From positions 1 to 19,332 of IMG/VR virus record IMGVR_UViG_3300045988_104087: a stretch of DNA of 19,332 nucleotides; one strand, 5' to 3'. The notes beneath the pieces were generated by a model that searched no databases, was not told the origin of the DNA, and was given only the letters and a program-made list of their open reading frames with translations. Each line of letters opens with the position of its first letter. Position 1 is the first letter of the stretch. Positions 1 to 7,287 of the stretch are shown here, piece after piece. The position numbers and the translations under genes are program-made. This DNA is from a virus (Duplodnaviria > Heunggongvirae > Uroviricota > Caudoviricetes).

Positions 1-10
1 GCGCCGGATG

Positions 11-484
11 TCATCTGGCCTGAACTGCCGGAGGCGTAGGCCATTCAATATCTGGAGCACTGGAGGTATCAACCAGTTCCAGTGCGTCCAGATAATCCAG
101 CCACAAATTATATTGCGCCAGTTCCTCACCTTTCAGACGACCAATAGCCGCTTTACCGGGCCATTGTTTACTGTTCATGTATTCGTTGACCTGGTTAATC
201 AATTGCTGCTTTTTCAATTCGGCTGCGGCAATCTGTTCCTCATGTGTTGGTGGTGGAATATCTGCCCATGATGGCATTCCATCTTCACCAACGCACCTGT
301 ATTTTCCTTCTGGTGCTGGTTTAAGTGCAAATTCTTCGAAAACAGAATATTTAACGGGTTTTGCATCTGCTGGAAAAGAATTAGATTTAATATATTCTTG
401 TTTCAAATGCTCAGGGTAAAATGCATTATTTATAGAGCTGTAGTATATTATGCTCGACATTTTATAATCCTTATGGAAGCTCAA
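11..484 (-). CDS. G: Tail fiber assembly protein (chaperone), gpG-like
   Basis: 157 aa ORF directly downstream of the tail fiber gene with a 4-bp start/stop overlap. The C-terminal half has the look of a Tfa-family chaperone (..LWLDYLDALELVD..APDIEWPTPP). The 5' half of the gene is AT-rich. Confidence 0.8.
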   Translation of the reverse strand: MSFHKDYKMSSIIYYSSINNAFYPEHLKQEYIKSNSFPADAKPVKYSVFEEFALKPAPEGKYRCVGEDGMPSWADIPPPTHEEQIAAAELKKQQLINQVNEYMNSKQWPGKAAIGRLKGEELAQYNLWLDYLDALELVDTSSAPDIEWPTPPAVQAR

Positions 485-1881
485 TATCCCAGTACCAGAA
501 AATCACCTGTTTCAGTTGCGGCTGAAGTTGATATAGTCCTTGCAGCACAAATGGCCTTTAATTCTGTTTTTGTTAGTTCGGACACTCCCCAGGAATTAAT
601 ACCTATTGGGCCTGTGGATACTGCGGTTTTTTCAGCAATAAATGCCATAAATGCAGAATTTGGAAAAGCAATAGGATAACTTCCTGTTGCAACACCAGTT
701 TTACTATCAGAAGGTCCGATTCTTCCCCATTGGATAATAAAAGACTTCCCCTCTATAACAGGGATTTTTATCCAGCCAGATGATGATAAAGAGCCACTAA
801 TCGCAGGCAATTTGGCCGCTTCTCCCAAACCAAGGTATGCGAGAAGACCAGCTACATCCTTTCCACTCAAATTAGTCAGCGTATTGTCCAGCGGTTGTTT
901 ACCTGCCAGCGCATTAAGCATTGTCGTGGCAAAGTTCGGGTCATTCCCCAGCGCCGCCGCCAGTTCATTCAGTGTATCCAGTGCCGCAGGGGCAGAACCC
1001 ACCATTGCCGCAATTGCTGATTTCACAAAAGCCGTGGTGGCAATCTGTGTATTGTTGACCGACTGTGCCGCAGTAGGTGCTGTTGGCGTTCCGGTAAGTG
1101 CGGGACTCGACAGCGGAGCTTTCAGTGCCAGCGCATTGTTAATGGTGGTGCTGAATTTCGGGTCATTGTTAATGGCTGCGGCAATTTCTTTCAGTGTGTC
1201 CAGCGTGGCTGGCGCACCGTTAATCAGAGCGGTAATAGCGGCCTGAACAAACTCAGTGGTCGCAATCCGCGTGGTGTTATTTCCTGCGGCAGGCGTCGGC
1301 GCTTTTGGTTCTCCGGTAAATGTCGGATTATGTTTCTGTGCATACTGGGTATGAGGATCCTGTGCGGCAATGTGGTTTCTCATCTGGTCATCCACATACA
1401 GCTTTAATTCCAGAACTTCATCATCCACGTATTTACGGGTCGCCAGTACCACCGACGGGTCGATTTTCAGCGTGATGGCTTCGGTATTCGTGACAACCAG
1501 AATCATGCGGATAGTCTGGGTACGACCGCTGCCTTCCTGCAACTGCGGTTTGTACGTTTCCGGGCAGTTCGCCACCGCAATGAGTACGCCTTCATCATCA
1601 TAAAGTCCAATCTCACGGATCCAGAATCCGCCCTCGTTCTCAGGGATGATTTGCTCCGCAATAATCTGGCTCTGGTTGTTCGGGTCAACTCTCAGAAGAT
1701 TCAGCGGTGCAATGCGTTTCTGATTAATCAGTTTTGTCTGTGCCGGGTCTGGTGTCGGCAAGACACCATTCGCATCACCAACGGCCATTTGCGTCAGATT
1801 CAGCTTACTGCCGAGCATCGTCGCGTTAGCCAGCCGTGCTGCGCCCTGATTAGTCAGAATGGCGTAGTATTTCACTGTCAT
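481..1881 (-). CDS. H: Tail fiber protein, gpH-like
   Basis: 466 aa ORF. The N-terminus (MTVKYYAILTNQGAARLANAT...MAVGDANG...GGFWIREIGLYDDEGVLIAVAN) resembles the conserved P2 H N-terminal domain as I remember it. The central part has repeated tail-fiber motifs and the C-terminus is divergent and AT-rich. Sits between I and G as in P2. Confidence 0.9.
   Translation of the reverse strand: MTVKYYAILTNQGAARLANATMLGSKLNLTQMAVGDANGVLPTPDPAQTKLINQKRIAPLNLLRVDPNNQSQIIAEQIIPENEGGFWIREIGLYDDEGVLIAVANCPETYKPQLQEGSGRTQTIRMILVVTNTEAITLKIDPSVVLATRKYVDDEVLELKLYVDDQMRNHIAAQDPHTQYAQKHNPTFTGEPKAPTPAAGNNTTRIATTEFVQAAITALINGAPATLDTLKEIAAAINNDPKFSTTINNALALKAPLSSPALTGTPTAPTAAQSVNNTQIATTAFVKSAIAAMVGSAPAALDTLNELAAALGNDPNFATTMLNALAGKQPLDNTLTNLSGKDVAGLLAYLGLGEAAKLPAISGSLSSSGWIKIPVIEGKSFIIQWGRIGPSDSKTGVATGSYPIAFPNSAFMAFIAEKTAVSTGPIGINSWGVSELTKTELKAICAARTISTSAATETGDFLVLGY
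930..1290. repeat. Internal tandem duplication inside the tail fiber gene (two units of about 200 nt, about 65 aa each)
   Basis: Protein shows two similar units (..IATTEFVQAAITALINGAPATLDTLKEIAAAINNDPKFSTTINNALALK.. and ..IATTAFVKSAIAAMVGSAPAALDTLNELAAALGNDPNFATTMLNALAGK..). The DNA shows the matching repeat (ttcgggtcatt...cagtgtatccag near 940-1000 and near 1150-1210). Boundaries are approximate. Confidence 0.45.
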
Positions 1882-2489
1882 GCGTTTACTCTCAGGTTAT
1901 CAATTAAATGAATGACCGAGGCCGGGAAATAATCCCCTCCGACAATAATGGCCTCCGGGGTGTAGGGATAAACCGTCAGGGCGTCGCCGTGATAGCATCC
2001 CGCACCGGCAAAAATGTTGCCGGTTGTACTTAAGCTGATAGCCAGTCCCGTCAGATGGCGGCTTGCCGGTTTTGCATCAGCAACAAGACGCTCCAGCTCC
2101 TGATACATTTCTTCGGTAATACCCTGCTCAAGCACACCAACAACGATACGGAACGTCCCCGGCTCCTCGTTGAGCTGCCACCACTCCCTCACCTCAATCA
2201 GATAGCCGAGCGGCTCCACCACACGGCGAATCGCACCAATAGTGCCCTTATGGCAGTGAATGAAATACGCATCGCGGATAACAGCGCGTTTTGTCGCTTC
2301 CGGCCACTTATCATCCCAGCGGTCAACCGAAAATGACCACGCCAGCCACGGCAGCAGATTTGCCGGGCAGGTGTCCGGGTTCCACAGCTCACGAATACTG
2401 ACCGGTGTTTTTTCAATTTCCGCACAGGCTTTTGCGGCGGCAACTTCAAGCGGCGATGAGCCGGTTGGCAGCAGTCGCGAATCACTCAT
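1878..2489 (-). CDS. I: Baseplate assembly protein I
   Basis: 203 aa ORF (MSDSRLLPTGSSPLEVAAAKACAEIEKTPVSIRELWNPD...) recognised as P2 gpI family. Start overlaps the J stop and the stop overlaps the H start (ATGA). It is longer than my recollection of P2 gpI (176 aa), so the C-terminus may belong to the exchanged fiber module. Confidence 0.85.
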   Translation of the reverse strand: MSDSRLLPTGSSPLEVAAAKACAEIEKTPVSIRELWNPDTCPANLLPWLAWSFSVDRWDDKWPEATKRAVIRDAYFIHCHKGTIGAIRRVVEPLGYLIEVREWWQLNEEPGTFRIVVGVLEQGITEEMYQELERLVADAKPASRHLTGLAISLSTTGNIFAGAGCYHGDALTVYPYTPEAIIVGGDYFPASVIHLIDNLRVNA

Positions 2490-3390
2490 CCGAGCCTCCG
2501 GTCACGACGCTGTATTCGGTACAGAAAGACGCCTGCGTACTGTCAAGCACGATGTCAGCCAGTGGTGCAGCCAGTTCGACACGCTGCACGCCTTCCACAT
2601 GCAAAGCGGCATAAATGGCAGACAGACGGATGTCGCGCCCCAGCCGGTGCTGTGCCGTGATGTACGCTTCCAGTTTTTTCACGGCGGCAGCGCGTATGGG
2701 TTCGCTTTCGGGACCAGGGTAAAGGTAAAGCGTGGCGTTTATCTGGTATTCAACGATGGCGGCAGACTGCACGGTCACGCGGTCGGCCACCGGCCTGACG
2801 TCCTCGCCATTAAGGGCGTTACGCACCACGGCCAGCAGGTCTTCGGATGCAACACCGTTATTTTCACGTGACAGCACAGAGATGGTGACGCAGGCCGGAG
2901 ACGGACTGGTTACAGAAATATCCGCGACACGCCCGTCGGCACTGCGACCATGATACTGATAGGCACCCACCGACCCGGCGACGCTTAAACCTTCAAACGC
3001 CTGCTGAATACGCAGACGATAATCCGTGTCAGATTCCATCACTGCCGGTGTCGGCGGGATGGTCGAATCATCTTCCGGGGTGATAATCAGGCGCGTGGTG
3101 TTGTAATTAGCACCAATCACATCAAGATCATTACCGGCGGCACAGGCCAGCATTACCGCCCGTGCGGCCTCATTCACACGCTGACGCCAGATAAGCTCAC
3201 GATAAGCATTTTCCTCCAGCAGTTTGACGAGAGGCTCAGATTCCAGCGTCAGGGTACGGGCGACCGCCTCCTGCTGGTCTTCCGGGTAAAGGGAAATCAG
3301 TGTCGCCTTGCGTTCGGCAAGAATGGTTTCAAAGTCCAGCTCCTCGACCACATCCGGTGCGGGTAGCTGGTTCAGGTCGATAATCGGCAT
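2482..3390 (-). CDS. J: Baseplate assembly protein J
   Basis: 302 aa ORF (MPIIDLNQLPAPDVVEELDFETILAERKATLISLYPEDQQ...) recognised as baseplate J family. Position between W and I matches P2. Confidence 0.9.
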   Translation of the reverse strand: MPIIDLNQLPAPDVVEELDFETILAERKATLISLYPEDQQEAVARTLTLESEPLVKLLEENAYRELIWRQRVNEAARAVMLACAAGNDLDVIGANYNTTRLIITPEDDSTIPPTPAVMESDTDYRLRIQQAFEGLSVAGSVGAYQYHGRSADGRVADISVTSPSPACVTISVLSRENNGVASEDLLAVVRNALNGEDVRPVADRVTVQSAAIVEYQINATLYLYPGPESEPIRAAAVKKLEAYITAQHRLGRDIRLSAIYAALHVEGVQRVELAAPLADIVLDSTQASFCTEYSVVTGGSDE

Positions 3391-3394
3391 GGTT

Positions 3395-3742
3395 TCAACT
3401 CACAGGGATGGTTAACGAAAGTGGCTGGCCGGTGTCGTTGTGCTGACCGGTTAACGTGACCGTCATTCGCCCGTCAAAACTGCGCGCCGTGGTGACGGAT
3501 GACAGGGTGACGCGGGGTTCCCATTTCAGCACCGCCATGTAACAGGCGACCTTAATCTGCAACTCAAGCGCCGGGGTCTGCGGCTGGTCAATCATTGACG
3601 CCAGCAACGAGCCGTAATCACGACGCATCACCCGTGAGCCGACCGGTGTGCGCAGGATATCGCCGATACTCTGGCTGATATGCTCAAGGTCAGTGACAGT
3701 CAGGCCATCACTGCGATTCATTCCGAGATAACGCGCTGTCAT
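3395..3742 (-). CDS. W: Baseplate wedge protein W (gp25/GPW family)
   Basis: 115 aa ORF (MTARYLGMNRSDGLTVTDLEHISQSIGDILRTPVGSRVMRRDYGS...) typical of GPW/gp25 baseplate proteins. 4-bp overlap with V. Confidence 0.9.
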   Translation of the reverse strand: MTARYLGMNRSDGLTVTDLEHISQSIGDILRTPVGSRVMRRDYGSLLASMIDQPQTPALELQIKVACYMAVLKWEPRVTLSSVTTARSFDGRMTVTLTGQHNDTGQPLSLTIPVS

Positions 3743-4374
3743 AGAGGACTCCCGGTTGTGCCGCCGCTGTCGCCGGGGTGTTTATGGGTATGCAGTACCT
3801 TACCGTTTGATGAGAGTTCACCGCCGGTATGCGCGATGTTGCCGCGCATCGTCCCGCCCTTCTGCACTTCCAGCGTGCCGGTAGTCAGTTTGTTAGTGCA
3901 GACCACTTCCGGTGTGTCCAGGGTGACGCGGGTTGATGCTTTCACCGTGACCACCGGCACCGTGGCAGTAACAGAATCAGAAGCCGTCACGCTGGCCGTT
4001 TTAATTCCGCTTACCGTGAGTGCACTGGTTTCGGGTTCATACTCAATCACCGCCCCGTCAGGGAAACGGATATGCAGGGCATCCTCCGACGCAGACGGCG
4101 CGGGGTTATCACTGGAATAAATCCCCGGCAGAACGAACGCCGTGTCGAGTTCACCGCCCACGGCCAGAATCAGCACCTGCTCCCCCACGGAAGGTGCCCA
4201 CCATGTGCGCGAACGTCCGGCGCGATGGGTCAGCCACTGAAGCCAGTCGGTACACATGCCGCCGGTCTGCACACGGCAGCGACCGGCGTTAAGGTCGGTT
4301 TCGACGATAATGCCGGTGCGAATCATGTTGCGCAGTGCGCGCGCGAGTTCCTGAATACTTGATAATGTGCTCAT
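3739..4374 (-). CDS. V: Baseplate spike/assembly protein V
   Basis: The ORF track gives 234 aa from 4443. I chose the internal Met (MSTLSSIQELARALRNMIRTGIIVETDLNAGRCRVQTGG...) with ATG at 4374-4372, giving 211 aa, which matches the P2 gpV length I recall. The upstream 23 codons run antisense into the neighbouring plus-strand gene. Confidence 0.85.
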   Translation of the reverse strand: MSTLSSIQELARALRNMIRTGIIVETDLNAGRCRVQTGGMCTDWLQWLTHRAGRSRTWWAPSVGEQVLILAVGGELDTAFVLPGIYSSDNPAPSASEDALHIRFPDGAVIEYEPETSALTVSGIKTASVTASDSVTATVPVVTVKASTRVTLDTPEVVCTNKLTTGTLEVQKGGTMRGNIAHTGGELSSNGKVLHTHKHPGDSGGTTGSPL

Positions 4375-4394
4375 ATGACAATAATGGGGAACAT

Positions 4395-5201
4395 ATGCTC
4401 GAAAAACTATTGCAACCCGTTGTATCATTTTCGGCACAACCAAGAAGGAGCCGAAGCAGGGATAAATATCAAATCTGGGAAAAACAAAAAGACACCATCG
4501 CCCATAAAGAATATTTAAAAATTTCCGACACCAATTTACTTGGACATATACACATTGCCAATTATGAGGTAATTCAAAGTGAATTAAGCAAATTCAACTC
4601 TCCTGAAATTGTATTCCACTACTCACTTAATAGAAATGAATTAAAAAAAGAGCACATAAATATATCAAGACATTTTCTCAACTATATCTCCTCAGCATTA
4701 TCATTTAGAGATTCAACGCGAAATCTACATAAAATCAATGTATTAAATATTGATGACATTACCAATAAATCCAGAGAAATCATCAATGAAGAATTTTTAA
4801 AAAATCCAATCATAAAATTAATGGAAGATTTAAGAAACATCCTAACTCATCAAAAAATGATCTCCCCATTAATATCATCATTTATGCACCTCCAGAAAAA
4901 AATAAACATACACGGATTTGCATTTAAGATTGAAACCATACTGGAGAATGACCGACTCTCTGGTAAATCAAAAGAATACCTGAAGTCAACAGAACAAAAA
5001 AATTTATTCATCTTGCCGATAATAGAGGAATACCAATACACAACTCTTAAATACCAGCACTGGCTTTTAGCTTGTATCCACAATGCTCATCAAAACACAT
5101 ATCCAGAATATTGGGAAGCAAGAAAAAACATAATGGACGTCTGGGGTGGAGATATCCAACTAATACCTGAAGAGAGTACCCTCACTTATTTGACCAGATA
5201 A
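4395..5201 (+). CDS. Hypothetical protein, AT-rich accessory (moron) gene on the opposite strand between S and V; possible HEPN-like or abortive-infection protein
   Basis: 288-codon open frame from 4335. I prefer the ATG at 4395, which is preceded by GGGGA at 4386-4390 and gives 268 aa. Strongly AT-rich from about 4460 onward, where a chance open frame of this length would be very unlikely. Opposite orientation to all flanking late genes. Followed by its own hairpin terminator. Contains R-N-x-x-x-H (LRNILTH). Start codon is uncertain (4335, 4365 and 4395 are all possible). Confidence 0.6.
   Translation: MLEKLLQPVVSFSAQPRRSRSRDKYQIWEKQKDTIAHKEYLKISDTNLLGHIHIANYEVIQSELSKFNSPEIVFHYSLNRNELKKEHINISRHFLNYISSALSFRDSTRNLHKINVLNIDDITNKSREIINEEFLKNPIIKLMEDLRNILTHQKMISPLISSFMHLQKKINIHGFAFKIETILENDRLSGKSKEYLKSTEQKNLFILPIIEEYQYTTLKYQHWLLACIHNAHQNTYPEYWEARKNIMDVWGGDIQLIPEESTLTYLTR
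4421..4438 (-). promoter_or_regulatory. Candidate activator dyad TGT-N12-ACA upstream of V (possible Ogr-type late promoter element)
   Basis: The sequence TGTatcattttcggcACA at 4421-4438 matches the TGT-N12-ACA dyad described for P2/P4 late promoters. It sits about 55 bp upstream of the V start codon, inside the 5' coding end of the opposite-strand ORF. A 6-base pattern like this is expected several times by chance in 19 kb. Confidence 0.2.
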
Positions 5202-5233
5202 CAATCTAATTAGCTCACAAACATAAGACACCT

Positions 5234-5262
5234 TGGCCACGATATTTTATCGTGGCCTTATA
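5234..5262 (+). terminator. Candidate intrinsic terminator of the cargo gene
   Basis: Perfect 9-bp inverted repeat GGCCACGAT-(ATTTT)-ATCGTGGCC at 5234-5256, followed by T/A-rich sequence (TTATATAATAAA), 33 bp after the ORF stop. Confidence 0.45.
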
Positions 5263-5414
5263 TAATAAAGCGACTACCTTCGATGAGTCCTTATAACTCT
5301 CATCCACTGCACATTTTCAAGTTACAATTAAAGTTCATTTAGTTGAAATATAAAAAGGATGCCGCAAGAGGATAATGGCGATATTTCATCAATAAGGCGC
5401 AAGAAATGGCACAA

Positions 5415-5867
5415 CTAACGGTCGAGGTGAGCCAGAATAATCTCTTCAATCATCTGCACATCCTCACCGGTAAAGCCGAGCAGAGGACGCGCCGGATAAT
5501 CAATTTTCTTACCGTCTTTCCGAGTTTCTTCCGACAGACCGAACTGATGCACACTGGCGATTTTCGGTGACTTCCCGCCGTAAAACTCCATTGATGCCTG
5601 TTCCGGGCTGGCGCGGATATGCAAAAAACGACTGGTGATAAGTTTCGCAAACATTTTTCGCTTAACGCGACCGGTCTTTTTTCTGGCGCTCTGCTGCTGG
5701 CGTGGCGCGTAGGGTGTGCCGTCCGGGGCTTTCTGTGCCATCACCCGACGCTGCTGACTCTGCCGCAGACGTTTCGCCAGTTCGGCGCTCAGTCGCCGAC
5801 GCCCTGACGGTGACAGCGATTCAATCAGTCCGGTCAGCCGGTCTTCAAAACGCTTAAACTCATTCAT
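5415..5867 (-). CDS. S: Tail completion protein S
   Basis: 150 aa ORF (MNEFKRFEDRLTGLIESLSPSGRRRLSAELAKRLRQSQQRRV...) recognised as P2 gpS family. Overlaps the R stop. Confidence 0.85.
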   Translation of the reverse strand: MNEFKRFEDRLTGLIESLSPSGRRRLSAELAKRLRQSQQRRVMAQKAPDGTPYAPRQQQSARKKTGRVKRKMFAKLITSRFLHIRASPEQASMEFYGGKSPKIASVHQFGLSEETRKDGKKIDYPARPLLGFTGEDVQMIEEIILAHLDR

Positions 5868-6327
5868 CCCACTTGCTCACCAGTTCGCCATTGATATAAA
5901 GCTCCACCGGGCGGGTGACCGGCTCCGGCGGCGGAGGTTCCGGGATATTCTTCACATGCAGTGCGCCGTCCACCTCACTGACCAGCGTGCGCTCGGTCAG
6001 CATCAGGCTGATACTGATATCAAAGCTGCTGTCATTGTTGATGTCTGCATAAAACGTGAAGCCCTTTTTCTGGCCTTCGTCGGTGGTCATGATGTCGGGC
6101 TGATTTTCCCGCAGCCACGCCAGCACCGGCACAATGAGCAGGTCAAAATCACCGGTAAAGTCGGTCACAATCACATTGAGCGTGTAACGCTTTTCGAATG
6201 ACAGCGACGCCGCCAGTGTGGAGGCAATACTCCCGTTATCCACGAATATCCGCAGCATATCGGGGTTAGTTTTCAGCACCGTGACGGCATCAGTCAGCGC
6301 CCTGCGCAGGCTGTCGGGTTTGAGCAT
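5860..6327 (-). CDS. R: Tail completion protein R
   Basis: 155 aa ORF (MLKPDSLRRALTDAVTVLKTNPDMLRIFVDNGSIASTLAAS...) recognised as P2 gpR family. Confidence 0.85.
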   Translation of the reverse strand: MLKPDSLRRALTDAVTVLKTNPDMLRIFVDNGSIASTLAASLSFEKRYTLNVIVTDFTGDFDLLIVPVLAWLRENQPDIMTTDEGQKKGFTFYADINNDSSFDISISLMLTERTLVSEVDGALHVKNIPEPPPPEPVTRPVELYINGELVSKWDE

Positions 6328-6580
6328 CGTTTTCGTCCTGACAGTGTTTAATCATTTTTACCTGGATGGCACAGCGTGCCAGCGCGTTCTCAAGCTGCCG
6401 GATATCGGCACTTAAATCGCCGTTCGTCTCCGGGTCACTGCCCGGCATCGGGCAAAGACTCACTTTCGGGCAGGCGTTGGCGACAATCACTGGCGTCAGT
6501 GCAGGCGGGGCGCTGGTGCAACCGGCGCACAGCATCAGGCAGGTCAGCACCGTACCAGCGGCGAAAATCTTCGTTTTCAT
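6290..6580 (-). CDS. lysC: o-spanin lipoprotein LysC (Rz1-like), starting inside lysB in another frame
   Basis: The ORF track shows a 135 aa frame. The internal Met at 6580 gives MKTKIFAAGTVLTCLMLCAGCTSAPP..., a lipoprotein signal peptide with lipobox Cys, and a 96 aa product. It starts within lysB in a different frame and ends 38 nt into R. Confidence 0.7.
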   Translation of the reverse strand: MKTKIFAAGTVLTCLMLCAGCTSAPPALTPVIVANACPKVSLCPMPGSDPETNGDLSADIRQLENALARCAIQVKMIKHCQDENDAQTRQPAQGAD

Positions 6581-6860
6581 TGAGTAATCTCGTGATGGTT
6601 TTCTCGCGCTGTGCTTCACGCTTCGCGGCGTTCTCCAGTTCCTGACGCAGAGCCACCTGCGCCAGCTCGTTTTTGTCTGCCCTGGTGAGCGCAACATGAA
6701 GCTGATTTTTCAGCATGGTGATAGTCGTCTGCTGTTCACTGGCGACGTTGTTCGCCCTGTCCAGCGAGGCGCGCAGGCTGACATTTTTATGTTTCACCAG
6801 AAACAGACCGGCCACCGCCAGTGATAACAACACAACCAGCACAGTCATCAGCTTTGACAT
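6435..6860 (-). CDS. lysB: i-spanin LysB (Rz-like)
   Basis: 141 aa ORF with an N-terminal transmembrane segment (MSKLMTVLVVLLSLAVAGLFLV) followed by a charged, helical-looking periplasmic region. Located after lysA in the lysis cassette. Confidence 0.8.
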   Translation of the reverse strand: MSKLMTVLVVLLSLAVAGLFLVKHKNVSLRASLDRANNVASEQQTTITMLKNQLHVALTRADKNELAQVALRQELENAAKREAQREKTITRLLNENEDFRRWYGADLPDAVRRLHQRPACTDASDCRQRLPESESLPDAGQ

Positions 6861-7273
6861 GGTTCCCGCCCCTCAAAACGCTGACGGCAGGCCGTACGTA
6901 TCAGCCGGAAAAACAGCGACGCCACAAGATAAATCAGCGCAGTAAAAATCCACCCGGCAGCGACCAGCGAGATAAACGTCGCCACCATCACCACCAGAGC
7001 CGCCGCCCGTCTGCACCACGGCACCGGCTGCAAAAACAGCGACGTGACAATCTTCACGGCCAGCGATTCCGGCGGCAGCTCCCGCCCGTAGCGTTCCAGC
7101 ACATACTCAGTGGCATACACACCGACACCACCGGCAACCACACAGATAACCGTCGCCAGAATCGCCCAGGTGGCAACAAAACTGACGGCCACGCTCTGCG
7201 GGTAAATCAGGGACAGTGCCAGCATCAGCGCCAGCGACACGTTCAGCATCAGTGAAAGGGATAATTTCTTCAT
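6848..7273 (-). CDS. lysA: Lysis regulatory membrane protein LysA
   Basis: 141 aa ORF with several hydrophobic segments (MKKLSLSLMLNVSLALMLALSLIYPQ...). Position between K and lysB matches P2 lysA. Confidence 0.8.
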   Translation of the reverse strand: MKKLSLSLMLNVSLALMLALSLIYPQSVAVSFVATWAILATVICVVAGGVGVYATEYVLERYGRELPPESLAVKIVTSLFLQPVPWCRRAAALVVMVATFISLVAAGWIFTALIYLVASLFFRLIRTACRQRFEGREPCQS

Positions 7274-7287
7274 GGTGTTTACTCCGT

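Noticed and set aside
812-1246. Plus-strand ORF (144 aa) antisense to the tail fiber gene
   Set aside because: Lies entirely inside the well-supported minus-strand H gene. It is Ala/Ser-rich as expected for an antisense frame of GC-rich coding DNA, with no ribosome-binding site.
2260-2871. Plus-strand ORF (203 aa) spanning the I/J junction
   Set aside because: Antisense to two recognised baseplate genes. Long antisense frames are common in GC-rich phage DNA.
3680-4120. Plus-strand ORF (146 aa) antisense to W and V
   Set aside because: Overlaps recognised baseplate genes and has no independent support.
4335-4394. Upstream extension of the cargo ORF (starts at 4335 or 4365)
   Set aside because: These starts would overlap the V start codon on the other strand and lack a Shine-Dalgarno. 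The ATG at 4395 has GGGGA just upstream. Not excluded, only less likely.
4375-4443. N-terminal extension of V to 234 aa
   Set aside because: The internal Met gives a typical gpV N-terminus and 211 aa, matching P2 as recalled. The extension reads antisense through the neighbouring gene start.
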